NCBI RefSeq assembly: GCF_001194135.2
Contig: NC_068986.1
Location: 97,714,609-97,778,608 of the forward strand
Direction: 5' to 3'
DNA: 64,000 bases
Source: Octopus bimaculoides
Lineage: Eukaryota
Shown here: positions 49,722 through 63,500 of the stretch, one piece after another
How positions within the stretch are numbered: position 1 is the stretch's first letter
Layout of the letters: the number at the start of each line of letters is the position of its first letter
Notes under the pieces: generated by a model
The model's input: the letters and a program-made list of their open reading frames with translations, nothing else
Told to the model about the DNA's origin: nothing
Database searches by the model: none
Translations under genes and position numbers: made by a program

Positions 49722-50100
49722 TAGTATATTGCCACTTAAGTGTGGCTGACCCCTAGGGGTGGATGTTACGTTCGTGCTGCTGGTCGTGGTGAGAGGGATA
49801 ACTCCCTTGGCAAACAGGACACAGTCGTGTGNNNNNNNNNNNNNNNNNNNNNNNNNNNNNNNNNNNNNNNNNNNNNNNNNNNNNNNNNNNNNNNNNNNNN
49901 NNNNNNNNNNNNNNNNNNNNNNNNNNNNNNNNNNNNNNNNNNNNNNNNNNNNNNNNNNNNNNNNNNNNNNNNNNNNNNNNNNNNNNNNNNNNNNNNNNNN
50001 NNCGATAAGCCAGCTGGAGGAGATGTCCTCCTGGGGCTAAAAGCAACAGTAACATCCACCCCTAGGGGTCAGCCACACTTAAGTGGCAATATACTACACT
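49718..50100. mobile_element. MITE-like element with perfect 52-bp terminal inverted repeats
   Basis: 49718-49769 is the exact reverse complement of 50049-50100; GC-richer interior with a gap at 49832-50002. Confidence 0.85.
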
Positions 50101-50172
50101 TTATCGTGCAGTTACTGTTAATACTTCATTTAGAGAATTAACATTGCTTATATATATATATATATATACATA

Positions 50173-51046
50173 TTGGGTCATCCTGTAAAATATGCAGTTT
50201 CTCCAACTGCATGAAGTAAAAGTCAGAAGGGGACGGAATAAACTATCTGCATCATCTTGCTATAAAAGCAAGTAGAAATTTTACCTTGGGCTTATTCTTA
50301 GTGCAAGTTTTGAAGAGTGCAGTTCAATTTTAGCAGTTAATTTTTAAAGCGATAATGGAAGAGAGAAAGGCATATTTTGCTTTATGAGTTAAGCCAACAA
50401 CGCAAGGGAAAGCGCGTGGAATATTAATGCAGTATTAGGGAATCTGTCAATAAACGTTAGCAAGTCTTAACTGTGGCTTCAAAAAATCCGAGCCGGAAAC
50501 TACTGCCTGGAAGAAAAGCTTCGTCCTGGAAGATATGTAGAGCTCGATGAGGACGTCCTGCACATCCTGGTGGAACAAAATCCCAACGTAAATGTTGAGG
50601 AACTAGCGAGGCTTGGATTTCGTCTTTCAACCAATCATTCAAGTCAGCGCTAAAAGAAAAACAACTATCATTGGTTTCAAGACGAAAGCTGTTCTTCCAT
50701 TAGAATAATACTCGGGCACGTACAGCGAGGATTACATTCCAAACGATGCCCTACCCACTATATTAGCCAGACTTTGCCCTATCTTTTTTATTTATTTCGC
50801 AGTCTTCAAAATTATTTGGACGGAAAAGTATGAAGTCTGCAGACGAGGTTAGAACACTATTGGAAGAGTAATTTTCATCACGGGCAAGTAAATTTTGGAA
50901 GAGGAGTCTTACAATTCTAATAGATAGATGGAAGAGCATTGTAGAAAATGAACGAGAGTATATTTTAGATTAAAAAAAAAACTTTGTTTATCGTAATTTT
51001 GAAAAAATAAAAATACAAATACCGCCTTATTTATGAGATGACCCAT
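50173..51046 (+). mobile_element. Internally deleted mariner (Hsmar1/SETMAR-like transposase remnants)
   Basis: TIRs ttgggtcatcctgtaaaatatgcag / ccgccttatttatgagatgacccat with TA on both sides; RAGNYCLEEKLRPGRYVELDEDVLHILVEQNP and NNTRARTAR (cf. HDNARPH); catalytic centre deleted. Confidence 0.85.
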
Positions 51047-53595
51047 TATATATATATANNNNNNNNNNNNNNNNNNNNNNNNNNNNNNNNNNNNNNNNNN
51101 NNNNNNNNNNNNNNNNNNNNNNNNNNNNNNNNNNNNNNNNNNNNNNNNNNNNNNNNNNNNNNNNNNNNNNNNNNNNNNNNNNNNNNNNNNNNNNNNNNNN
51201 NNNNNNNNNNNNNNNNNNNNNNNNNNNNNNNNNNNNNNNNNNNNNNNNNNNNNNNNNNNNNNNNNNNNNNNNNNNNNNNNNNNNNNNNNNNNNNNNNNNN
51301 NNNNNNNNNNNNNNNNNNNNNNNNNNNNNNNNNNNNNNNNNNNNNNNNNNNNNNNNNNNNNNNNNNNNNNNNNNNNNNNNNNNNNNNNNNNNNNNNNNNN
51401 NNNNNNNNNNNNNNNNNNNNNNNNNNNNNNNNNNNNNNNNNNNNNNNNNNNNNNNNNNNNNNNNNNNNNNNNNNNNNNNNNNNNNNNNNNNNNNNNNNNN
51501 NNNNNNNNNNNNNNNNNNNNNNNNNNNNNNNNNNNNNNNNNNNNNNNNNNNNNNNNNNNNNNNNNNNNNNNNNNNNNNNNNNNNNNNNNNNNNNNNNNNN
51601 NNNNNNNNNNNNNNNNNNNNNNNNNNNNNNNNNNNNNNNNNNNNNNNNNNNNNNNNNNNNNNNNNNNNNNNNNNNNNNNNNNNNNNNNNNNNNNNNNNNN
51701 NNNNNNNNNNNNNNNNNNNNNNNNNNNNNNNNNNNNNNNNNNNNNNNNNNNNNNNNNNNNNNNNNNNNNNNNNNNNNNNNNNNNNNNNNNNNNNNNNNNN
51801 NNNNNNNNNNNNNNNNNNNNNNNNNNNNNNNNNNNNNNNNNNNNNNNNNNNNNNNNNNNNNNNNNNNNNNNNNNNNNNNNNNNNNNNNNNNNNNNNNNNN
51901 NNNNNNNNNNNNNNNNNNNNNNNNNNNNNNNNNNNNNNNNNNNNNNNNNNNNNNNNNNNNNNNNNNNNNNNNNNNNNNNNNNNNNNNNNNNNNNNNNNNT
52001 ATATATATATATATATATATTAGGGGACATAATTTAAATAATGAATGTATCTAACCATTCTGGATATACTGAAGGATAGAGTGCAACGTTGATTGTGTTA
52101 TTTCTTTGGAGCTCTGGGCGTTGTGTTGTTGATACTGTAGTTATTAATAGTATTGTACTTTTATATCCGTGGCCATCATTGAATATTCTATCTGACCAGT
52201 GTCAATAGATTATTATGAGTGGAACACTGGCAATGATTCTATGCTGGCATATTACAGATACCTATGATAAACATATGCAGAAATAAATACAGAAAAGATA
52301 ATCCATCTTGTGAGGTCTTTCCAAACCAGAATGAATATGTATGTATGTATGTATGTATCTATCTGTCTGTCTGTCTGTCTGTCTNNNNNNNNNNGAGAGA
52401 GAGAGAGAGAGAGAGAGAGAACATTAGAGAGGCAATCCGATAATTTATTTACGTTGTAATATAATATTCTATGAATATAATATAACATAATATAAGATCA
52501 CATAAACAATAATTAAAACATCAAAAGTCCAACAATTTGTTCCGACATGTATACATCTTTTGATCGAAATTCCGAATGAAAGCGTGGTTGGATTGTAAAA
52601 AGATTCATTGAAATGCCTACTTTTTGTGAGCAAGAGCGTTAACTATTCCATTACATATCAATTACAATTAAAAAAAACAACCAAAAAAATCGATGGACGA
52701 AATAACTAAGTAAGTGTAATCTACAAGTATCGAAATATATTTCTATATATCTCAAATAATATTAATCCAAACTCGTTTATGTCTAAGAGAATCTTTCGCT
52801 ATTATAACATACGACAATAATACATATGTGTATATAATTAAGTGTCACGGTCTTGCATAAAAAAGAACTGTAATAAAACGTGTAAAAAACCGAAACGGTA
52901 ATTATATCTTTAATATATAATAAGTCTTCTATTTATTGAAATTATTGGTATAAAAAATATTGTTTAAAGTAATTAGTAGGAATGTTCTATAATTGTTGTT
53001 TGTCGGAGGGACAATTTTTTAATAAATTAGAATAGAAACCTAATAAAAAAAAATTCTTCGTTTACTTACTTTATCGTAGGGAGAATTTCGTAATAAATAT
53101 GAAGATAAACTTATGGATGTAAACACTATAACCGAAATTCTCCATAGATATAGATTTAGGCTATGATAATGGATATCAACATATTACTAATTTTTTTAGA
53201 AGTAACCGGATTTGAAGTTACTTAAGTAAGGATTATTATTCATATATTATGCAGGGGAGAACTCTGTAAATAAGTAAACACAAACAATGTACTATAAACA
53301 AAACAAATTTTAAGAATTGCTAACGATAAAATACTTAATATTGATTTTAAATTAAATGACTATAGATAGTATATATCCAAATTTTATTAATTGTTTCATA
53401 ATTAACAAAATAATATTGTAATAAGAATACAAGTTATAAACTATAGATTATCATAATAATTATTATGGTTATTAAATTTATTTATTAAGTTAAATAAAAG
53501 TATTTATCTATCATTATCATTATCATCATTATTATAATAATCATCAATTAATTAATGAATTAAAAGATATATACACACACATCCATACATACATA

Positions 53596-53636
<41 letters not shown>

Positions 53637-54018
53637 NNNNNNNNNNNNNNNNNNNNNNNNNNNNNNNNNNNNNNNNNNNNNNNNNNNNNNNNNNNNNNNN
53701 NNNNNNNNNNNNNNNNNNNNNNNNNNNNNNNNNNNNNNNNNNNNNNNNNNNNNNNNNNNNNNNNNNNNNNNNNNNNNNNNNNNNNNNNNNNNNNNNNNNN
53801 NNNNNNNNNNNNNNNNNNNNNNNNNNNNNNNNNNNNNNNNNNNNNNNNNNNNNNNNNNNNNNNNNNNNNNNNNNNNNNNNNNNNNNNNNNNNNNNNNNNN
53901 NNNNNNNNNNNNNNNNNNNNNNNNNNNNNNNNNNNNNNNNNNNNNNNNNNNNNNNNNNNNNNNNNNNNNNNNNNNNNNNNNNNNNNNNNNNNNNNNNNNN
54001 NNNNNNNNNNNNNNNATA

Positions 54019-54055
<37 letters not shown>

Positions 54056-57000
54056 ATGTACATAACAAATTTCCCTCCCACGAACATTATTCATTCTGGA
54101 GTTATGAAATTATACTTAGGTGACGGGCAGTGGTAGTTACCAATACCCTGTTGGTGCACTTCGAGCAGCTTAATCGCATCTCTATACCATCATCCATGCA
54201 TCATGCGAAAATGAAAATTCTCGAAAATCGGACGGTGATAACATTTTCTCTGTACCATATGTATATTGATTTACTCCGTTACGAAAGCTCTTCTTACCAG
54301 TTTCACTCTCATGTTCATTTGTTTAAGACATTGTTTGAATGTTTTCGCAGAATTTATAAAGCATTTGACCGAATACTTCGCGGTATTTACAATCATCCTT
54401 TAACAGTATCAGTTCAAATACCGCCTAAATCGATTTTACTTGTGATCTTTTCTGATTTGGTAAAATTAACATTATTTGAGAACTAACTGGAAAGTATTGA
54501 TTTAATCCCACTCAAAATGCTTGGTCTTGGGCTATTGTTAGAATGTAATGTATGCCCTCGCGCTACAACATTACTTAGTTTTACATACGTTTTATTTCTT
54601 TTTGTTTATTTTCTTTTTTTTTTCTTTTGACACTCCAACGATAAACAAACATAGAAACTCACACAACGAAGTTTTGTGTTTGAAATATAATTATTTAGAT
54701 ATTGTTACTTTGCTGAAGGTATTGAAAGAAAATTATTAGTAAAAAGTTGTATCAAATTGTCTCAAATGTTCATTTTATTTTAAATGTTTTGCATTTAGAT
54801 AGAATTTGTTAAAATTGTGATACAGTATGGTTATAGCTATGTCTATTTATGTTTATGCTTCATTTAATGAGTGCTACTTATCCTTTTAAAAATGAATATG
54901 TAATATTTTTTTAAATATACTAACCCATGTTGTAATGCGTATGTATTACTACATTAACATGCCACAATCGAGATGTTTCAGTAAACCTCTTGAAAAACAA
55001 TACAGAAACTACTTTCTTGTTTATAATCTGTATAAAAATTCTAATACTTAAGTTTATGTATTTGTGTGAGTTCTTGAAAAGATCTTAGTCACAGGAGGAT
55101 GAGCAACGGACATGACTGTTTTGCATAGCTTCTGAGACTGGTGAGAAGAACAGAAAACGGTGATATTAGATCGGATTTCCAACTCAAAATGCTTGAAACA
55201 CTAAGAGACTGGTGGATGAAATAAAGGAAGATAATTTCAGACTGAAGTGACCAAATTCTAAATGATTGAAACTTTATGGACAGTGCAAAATTCGACCAAA
55301 TGTTAGGCAGTGCATTTTAGGAAAAGACTGATTAAGTTTACGAACATATTTTCAATGTACGATAGGGTTGAAATTTATCTATGTCTATATATAAACACAC
55401 ACACGCACCCGCACACACCTACGCACACGCACAAGAAGACACACACACACTAACAAACACACACACACACACACACTTATATATATGCATACACATATAT
55501 ATATATATGTGTGTGCGTATGTGTGCGTGCGTGTGTGTATATGTATGTATGCATATGTATATTTATATGTATATGTATTATTTTTGTCGACTCAGTCACT
55601 TAGTCTCCTGCTATTCTGAGATTCACCTGTGATTACACAAGATCTTCCGGTAGCTGTTGACCGGAAAATTGATGCGGTTTGTACATTCACATATTGGTTC
55701 CACTCGTCAGGTGCGATGATGGGAAGAAAGTATGATAAAGAGAAGGAAAGACAGGGAAAGAAGTCGGAAGGAGATTAATAGGAAGACTATGAAAAGAGAA
55801 TTAAGGAAAAATAAGTCGAAGAAATGGCGGAAGGGAAAGAGAAAATGTCGAGAAAGGAGAAAGAAAGAATTGAAATAAGAAAACGAAAAAAGAAAAAAAA
55901 AGAAGATAAATATATAGTGTATACTTTTACATATGATTGTATACATTTATGTTTGATTATATAAACAAATTCTTCATTATTGCAATTATCGCTGGGTAAT
56001 AGAACGGGTTACATTTTGAAACAGGAAAATAATTTTATCGAGTTAAATTTGGAAGATATTTCTTATGGTACTTCTTTCTTATTTAATTTCTCTTTACTTT
56101 CACTTGAATGGATTTTTAAAATACAAGACTGTATTTAAATTTTTAACTTACATATCTCAAGCATGAACAACCGTTTACAATTAATGTTTTTATGAACGTG
56201 CATGCAGATCAATCGAAAGAAATATATCTCATTAAAGAATGAAAGTAATTTCTGTGATAGAATATTCCCTAAATATATTTTAAATATTTTCTCATATATG
56301 AATTCACATATTTTTAATAAGACACTAATGACAATGAAACTGTTGTGATAAATATTATAAAGATCAAGGGAAACCCAAATTGGGATACTGCTTTAACATC
56401 TGTAGCAATGTTGCCTCCGCTATACAGGAGCATTCAGTTTTACCTTTTTTTAAAGACTATATGAGCGCTCCCTTTTTTGACACTGTGTGAAACTAACGAA
56501 GGAATACTGATTCTACATTGGCATAATGCTGCTCTACGAACATAGATTTCATCCAAAGTAAAGTCACCTGACTGTTTATCACCATCTCACTTATTGACAA
56601 TGTTTCCTTCTCGTCTTTCTTTTTTTACTTGAAATGCAATGACCTCTGTTCCTCAGAGTTGATTGATTACACAAACACCTAGTTCAACTTAACAGCTCGC
56701 CCTTACCTCTCTGCGCAACTATATTGTATCCACCACTATCCTCAGAGCACACAGTAGTCATTTTTGGCCATATTCGTTTCCAGAGCTTCAGTGATCTAGA
56801 AAATTCTCCAAGTTCATGTTTTACTACAGTTGTCCACTAACAGTTAGCTATGTTAAACGTTAACGAACAGTCTCGCCAGTCTCGGAGCAACAGCAAAAGT
56901 CATCTGCAAAGATATCGTCTCCTGACTAAGCCATAAAAAAAAATAATGCTCCCCTCTTACCCTGACATAAAACAATGTTGTGAATTGAATAAATAATTTA

Positions 57001-57822
57001 ACCAAGGAAATATATTCATAAATAATTGACTGTTTCACAATGTATCCTTGTACAGTATTAATAACCTTAATGGTACAAGAAGGGCATTTTATTGTATTTT
57101 TTCTGCGTCTTATAAAATTACATTAAATGAAGAAACAATTTCTGTCGAATTCTGTTTTTGACTGTTTATGTTTCATTAAAATTTATCTTATTGAAAGCAA
57201 ATGATTTTTGTTTCAGATTTTTCATTACACTTATAAATACAACAGAACATGATTTTGCATTTGTAAGCACGAGATCATTCCTGACTACACATTTAACCAA
57301 GTGTGTTCAAGCTGCACTCGTCTTGTACGGACATATTTTCTAAAGGGAGTGGTAATGTTTGATGGGCATTTACTGGCTACTGTTTCCAGGTAAAGCAATC
57401 ACTTAGAATTTCCATTGTTCAAGGAATCATAGGTGTTTGAACCCAAACATACATTTTCTGCAGAGAGGCACAAGCATGCCAATGAAAAAAGCAAAACGAA
57501 ACAATAAATCATACAATGTGGAATGGAGGAATAGGTTAAAAATGAAAATAAATGGCGCTCTGAAGCAATTGAGCCAATAACGTTAAAATCAACTATTCAG
57601 TCTGGCATGCGAATCATCAAACTACGCTTTCTACATATATGCTCCAAAAGTTTCTTCCCACATTCATCAGAGACGATCCGAATCAAACACCACCGGCACA
57701 GCACCACATCGTGGAACAGTGTTACTATTTCGAACATACACTATTAAATCTGCCGATGCCAATATTGCAGTATATTTCCACAAATCTTCCTCTTGTATAT
57801 CCATTTCCATAAGTTTGAAGAG

Positions 57823-57999
57823 TTATGTAGTCATCTCCTTGGAACTAGACAGTATTACGTATAATGGATCACACTAAATGCATTACATTTTTATAGATGG
57901 GGCAAAGAAAATACTATTACCATTATACATTAGATTAACTCTAAGCTCGACAATACACATATACACACAAACGCAAGTAGAGAGATACATATATATGCA
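57823..57999. repeat. 177-bp segment duplicated at 59039-59215 across a gap
   Basis: No mismatch seen by eye between the two copies. Confidence 0.95.
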
Positions 58000-58066
58000 A
58001 TCATAGTCAGGTTACGTGTTCGAGGTTGTATCAAAATATTTACACCTATATATATGCATTTATGTA

Positions 58067-58100
<34 letters not shown>

Positions 58101-59729
58101 NNNNNNNNNNNNNNNNNNNNNNNNNNNNNNNNNNNNNNNNNNNNNNNNNNNNNNNNNNNNNNNNNNNNNNNNNNNNNNNNNNNNNNNNNNNNNNNNNNNN
58201 NNNNNNNNNNNNNNNNNNNNNNNNNNNNNNNNNNNNNNNNNNNNNNNNNNNNNNNNNNNNNNNNNNNNNNNNNNNNNNNNNNNNNNNNNNNNNNNNNNNN
58301 NNNNNNNNNNNNNNNNNNNNNNNNNNNNNNNNNNNNNNNNNNNNNNNNNNNNNNNNNNNNNNNNNNNNNNNNNNNNNNNNNNNNNNNNNNNNNNNNNNNN
58401 NNNNNNNNNNNNNNNNNNNNNNNNNNNNNNNNNNNNNNNNNNNNNNNNNNNNNNNNNNNNNNNNNNNNNNNNNNNNNNNNNNNNNNNNNNNNNNNNNNNN
58501 NNNNNNNNNNNNNNNNNNNNNNNNNNNNNNNNNNNNNNNNNNNNNNNNNNNNNNNNNNNNNNNNNNNNNNNNNNNNNNNNNNNNNNNNNNNNNNNNNNNN
58601 NNNNNNNNNNNNNNNNNNNNNNNNNNNNNNNNNNNNNNNNNNNNNNNNNNNNNNNNNNNNNNNNNNNNNNNNNNNNNNNNNNNNNNNNNNNNNNNNNNNN
58701 NNNNNNNNNNNNNNNNNNNNNNNNNNNNNNNNNNNNNNNNNNNNNNNNNNNNNNNNNNNNNNNNNNNNNNNNNNNNNNNNNNNNNNNNNNNNNNNNNNNN
58801 NNNNNNNNNNNNNNNNNNNNNNNNNNNNNNNNNNNNNNNNNNNNNNNNNNNNNNNNNNNNNNNNNNNNNNNNNNNNNNNNNNNNNNNNNNNNNNNNNNNN
58901 NNNNNNNNNNNNNNNNNNNNNNNNNNNNNNNNNNNNNNNNNNNNNNNNNNNNNNNNNNNNNNNNNNNNNNNNNNNNNNNNNNNNNNNNNNNNNNNNNNNN
59001 NNNNNNNNNNNNNNNNNNNNNNNNNNNNNNNNNNNNNNTTATGTAGTCATCTCCTTGGAACTAGACAGTATTACGTATAATGGATCACACTAAATGCATT
59101 ACATTTTTATAGATGGGGCAAAGAAAATACTATTACCATTATACATTAGATTAACTCTAAGCTCGACAATACACATATACACACAAACGCAAGTAGAGAG
59201 ATACATATATATGCATGTATACATATGTATATATGTATGCGTGCATGTGTGCGAGCGTGCATGTGTGTATGCGGGTATATACATATGTATGTATTCTTTA
59301 TATTCCTGTGCGTGTATGTGTGTGCTTTTCTGTGTTGTCTCTGCTTCGTTTCGCACGCACATAGTGAAACACATGAATATGAAGAAATCATACATACATA
59401 CATACGTACATACATACGTACGTACGTACATTCCCACACACACGCATGCATACATACATACATACATACATACATACGTACGTACAGACACGAATGCATA
59501 CATACATAATACATACATACATATATGCATACATGCATACATACATACATACATACATACATGCGTACATATGCAAGCACACACGCACGCTGGTGCGCAC
59601 ACAGAAGCTTTTATACGCGCAGCAGAACTTCAAACAGACGCAAGGAACACTGCTCCGATAACAGCCATAGTCCGCATCCATTGACAACGGTGCAGAAGCA
59701 GCAAAAAATTTTCGAAGACACAAAATTAA

Positions 59730-59785
<56 letters not shown>

Positions 59786-59796
59786 TAATAATAATA

Positions 59797-60175
59797 CCAT
59801 CAGATGACAACGTTTCTCTAAAAGAAATGGAAAAACTTTCAAAATACAAAGACCTGGAAATAGAGGTAACTCGAATGTGGAATCTAAAAACAGAAACAAT
59901 TCCTATCATAGTAGGTGCCTTAGGTATAATACAAAAATATTCAGACAAATACATAACAAAAACACCAGGACTTACAAATATATATAACATACAGAAAATT
60001 GCACTACTGGGTACTGCACATATTCTACGCAAAATACAGTAAACATAAGAGCAAAATACAGTAAACATAAGAGCACCACAGCAAACCACAGCACATACCC
60101 AAGGCACACAGAGCTGCGCTCGGTAGTGAAGTGAAAGCACGTTATAAAAATAAAACTACTGAACAATAATAATAA
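59797..60175 (+). mobile_element. R4/Dong copy C, 5'-truncated 3' end, in an (AAT)n tract
   Basis: DDNVSLKEMEKLSKYKDLEIEVTRMWNLK..LLGTAHILRK; highly similar to the reverse complement of 10662-11025; (AAT)n on both sides. Confidence 0.92.
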
Positions 60176-60324
60176 TAATGATAATAATAATAAAGGAGGG
60201 GGGAAATGACCGGTGCGTGGTGTTAGATATTAAGGCAGTATGACATTCCTCAGTCACAGCAAAGTATGCTTCAACACACGAATTTACACGCAAAGCCGTG
60301 TAAACCAGATACAAAATCGCAATA

Positions 60325-60338
60325 TATATCTATATCTA

Positions 60339-60415
<77 letters not shown>

Positions 60416-60434
60416 ATCTATCTATCTGTCTGTA

Positions 60435-60470
<36 letters not shown>

Positions 60471-60495
60471 AATCTATCTATCAATCTATCTATCA

Positions 60496-60533
<38 letters not shown>

Positions 60534-60550
60534 ATATATATATATATATA
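60325..60550. repeat. (TATC)n array with TGTC and TCAA variant blocks, then (TA)n
   Basis: Direct reading. Confidence 0.95.
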
Positions 60551-60552
60551 AT

Positions 60553-60790
60553 CTTTTACTCTTTTACTCTTTTACTTGTTTCAGTCATTTGACTGTGGCC
60601 ATGCTGGAGCACCGCCTTTAATCTAGTAAATGGACCCCAGTACTTATTCCTTTTAAGTCTAGTACTTATTCTATCAGGCTCTTTTGCCGAACCACTAAGT
60701 TACGGGGACGTAAACACACCAACATCGGTTGTCACGCGATGTTGGGAGGACAAACACAGACACACAAACATACACACAGACACAGACACA

Positions 60791-60836
<46 letters not shown>

Positions 60837-60885
60837 TATATATATATATACATATATACGAGGGCTTCTTTCAGTTTCCGTCTAT
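60553..60885 (-). mobile_element. SINE family 2 (OK-like), 3' two-thirds with internal (TG)n
   Basis: (tctttta c)-type tail repeats, cagtcatttgactgtggccatgctggagcaccgcc, ccgaaccactaagttacggggacgtaaacacacc, gggcttctttcagtttccgtct. Confidence 0.85.
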
Positions 60886-60891
60886 ATATAG

Positions 60892-60921
60892 GCGTAGGAG
60901 CGGCTGTGTGGTAAGTAGCTT
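60892..60921 (+). mobile_element. SINE family 2 head running into a gap
   Basis: ggcgtaggagcggctgtgtggtaagtagctt, directly after a short (TA)n. Confidence 0.65.
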
Positions 60922-61442
60922 NNNNNNNNNNNNNNNNNNNNNNNNNNNNNNNNNNNNNNNNNNNNNNNNNNNNNNNNNNNNNNNNNNNNNNNNNNNNNNN
61001 NNNNNNNNNNNNNNNNNNNNNNNNNNNNNNNNNNNNNNNNNNNNNNNNNNNNNNNNNNNNNNNNNNNNNNNNNNNNNNNNNNNNNNNNNNNNNNNNNNNN
61101 NNNNNNNNNNNNNNNNNNNNNNNNNNNNNNNNNNNNNNNNNNNNNNNNNNNNNNNNNNNNNNNNNNNNNNNNNNNNNNNNNNNNNNNNNNNNNNNNNNNN
61201 NNNNNNNNNNNNNNNNNNNNNNNNNNNNNNNNNNNNNNNNNNNNNNNNNNNNNNNNNNNNNNNNNNNNNNNNNNNNNNNNNNNNNNNNNNNNNNNNNNNN
61301 NNNNNNNNNNNNNNNNNNNNNNNNNNNNNNNNNNNNNNNNNNNNNNNNNNNNNNNNNNNNNNNNNNNNNNNNNNNNNNNNNNNNNNNNNNNNNNNNNNNN
61401 NNNNNNNNNNNNNNNNNNNNNNNNNNNNNNNNNNNNNNNNNN

Positions 61443-61492
<50 letters not shown>

Positions 61493-61720
61493 GTGTGTGT
61501 GTGTGTGTACATATTTATATATACATATGTGTGTGTGTCTGTCTGTCTGTGTTTGTATTTAAATATATGTATTATATGCATATATGCATTCACACATACA
61601 TATATATTTATATTAATTGCCAACTGTATGGACAGCATTTGTTTAGTAATTATACACCTAACTTGTGTATGATTCTGTATATATGGTTTCCTAATGGAAT
61701 TTCTATATATATGTATGCAT

Positions 61721-61752
<32 letters not shown>

Positions 61753-62062
61753 ATGAGTATATACATATACATATATATATGAATATATATATATGTATAT
61801 TAGTATATATACTATATATACATATATATGAATATATATATATATATATATACATATATATATACTCATATACACACACACACATACACACACACACACA
61901 TACACACACACACACATACACACACACACACACATATATATATATAGGCACTCTTATTTGAAGATATACATTTTCAAATCACTTGGATTTCAGTACAATT
62001 TAACAGTCGATTTTCTTTTTAAAGATTACTCGAACTTAGTAAAGAAATTAAATGTACGCCAA

Positions 62063-62114
<52 letters not shown>

Positions 62115-62599
62115 GTTTCAATATCATATTGGTCTGGAAAGATCATAGTAAGCAACAGAGTTGGCATAATATTTATAAGAAGTAGAAGTTTAAGAAATAT
62201 TGCACTTGAAGTTGAAATTGCTATAAAAAATATATACTTTTTACTTTTATTCAAATTTAAAAGCATGCTCCCACTTAATATTCTGCCTTACACACTGAAT
62301 AACATTTCTAATGCATCTTTCGGTTCTTGCACTCTATAAAATAAAATATGCTGGATGACAGGAATAAGTTGAACTGCTCTTATAGGTTCAAGTAGATAGT
62401 CTTTCGAAAGTTTTAAATTATCAGCTACTGTCTTCTCATTTCTTATAACCATAGCTGACCATATATTTAGGTATACAAAATGCATTCATTTAACGGAAGA
62501 CGATTTACTAGAATGCACTGTCGCTTACCTAGTAAATGTCAAACAGAAATAGAAAGTAACAGATTCTTAGCTCAGAAAGGAAGACAGGTATATGATGTG

Positions 62600-63500
62600 T
62601 TTTACTAGTAAGTTTAATTTACCACAGTATGAAACGAAAATTCACATTCCATGAGAAATAAGTGTTTCGGAATCCATGTTCAAGGAACACTAGAAATCCA
62701 ACACTTCTGTGCTCTTGGTGCCCAATAAACTCTCCTGAAGCAACACACATGAGTTTTCTAAACGGCAACAAATCTTTCTTCAAACTGCACCACATTAAAT
62801 TTATCACCCTGAGACACAACATAAATTAACTGACATGACCACAGTTAGATATGCTAAAAATGAGAATTGCCCTTCAAATTTAATCACATTAACAACAATT
62901 TTCCGTCCAAATAAGTTGGTGTGATGAAAATCTTACAAATAAGCATTACAATACACAGCATTTTCGAAAAATAGCAGAAGCATTACTGTCTGAAGAGGAA
63001 ATTGGGCTTCATTGCATTTCTCCATTTGTCCGATACGTTTTCCTTGTCCATCAATTTTAATGAGGTTTTACAGAATCAGATTCCTGTCATTGAGATCTTT
63101 TACGTAAATCAAATATAATACAGAATTAACACCGTGCAACAAAATTTTAGTTATTGTTTTCCTATGTGCTTCCATCTAGAAATCAATGGAAATAATTTCT
63201 ATTCCCTTCAGGCTTTGCTTTTGTTTTCAAACTGACCTATTTTCCATTAGATTTAAGATAGATTCAGCGCTGAGCTACTGAAGCAGAAATATTGCTATTG
63301 CAAATATTCTGCTCAATACCACAGATTTGCTTGTCAGTTGCTTGACCTTAATCACTTGAAAGTGTCCTTCAGTGACTGACAATATGTTCATCTCTGATAC
63401 TGAGCAGGAGTAGATGGGGAGCATCACTGATCATGAGCAGGAGTGGTGGGATTTTGAATAAATGTAGCAAAAGCAATATTTGGAGAAAATATTAACCTTT
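62600..63500 (-). mobile_element. Tc1-like transposase relic
   Basis: Degraded motifs DEHIV, ISASVAQR (cf. VSxSTVRRRL), LIKIDG (cf. LVKIDG), VINLMWCSLKK (cf. PIENLWxxLK); no TIRs seen. Confidence 0.45.

Noticed and set aside
55720-55915. Purine-rich tract giving a Phe/Leu-rich minus ORF
   Set aside because: Low-complexity GA/A-rich DNA; no membrane-protein motifs.
57740-57844. Possible 105-nt minus-strand exon (AG..GTATGT; FQGDDYITLQTYGNGYTRGRFVEIYCNIGIGRFNS)
   Set aside because: Weak pyrimidine tract, no recognisable protein and no partner exons; would need RNA-seq.
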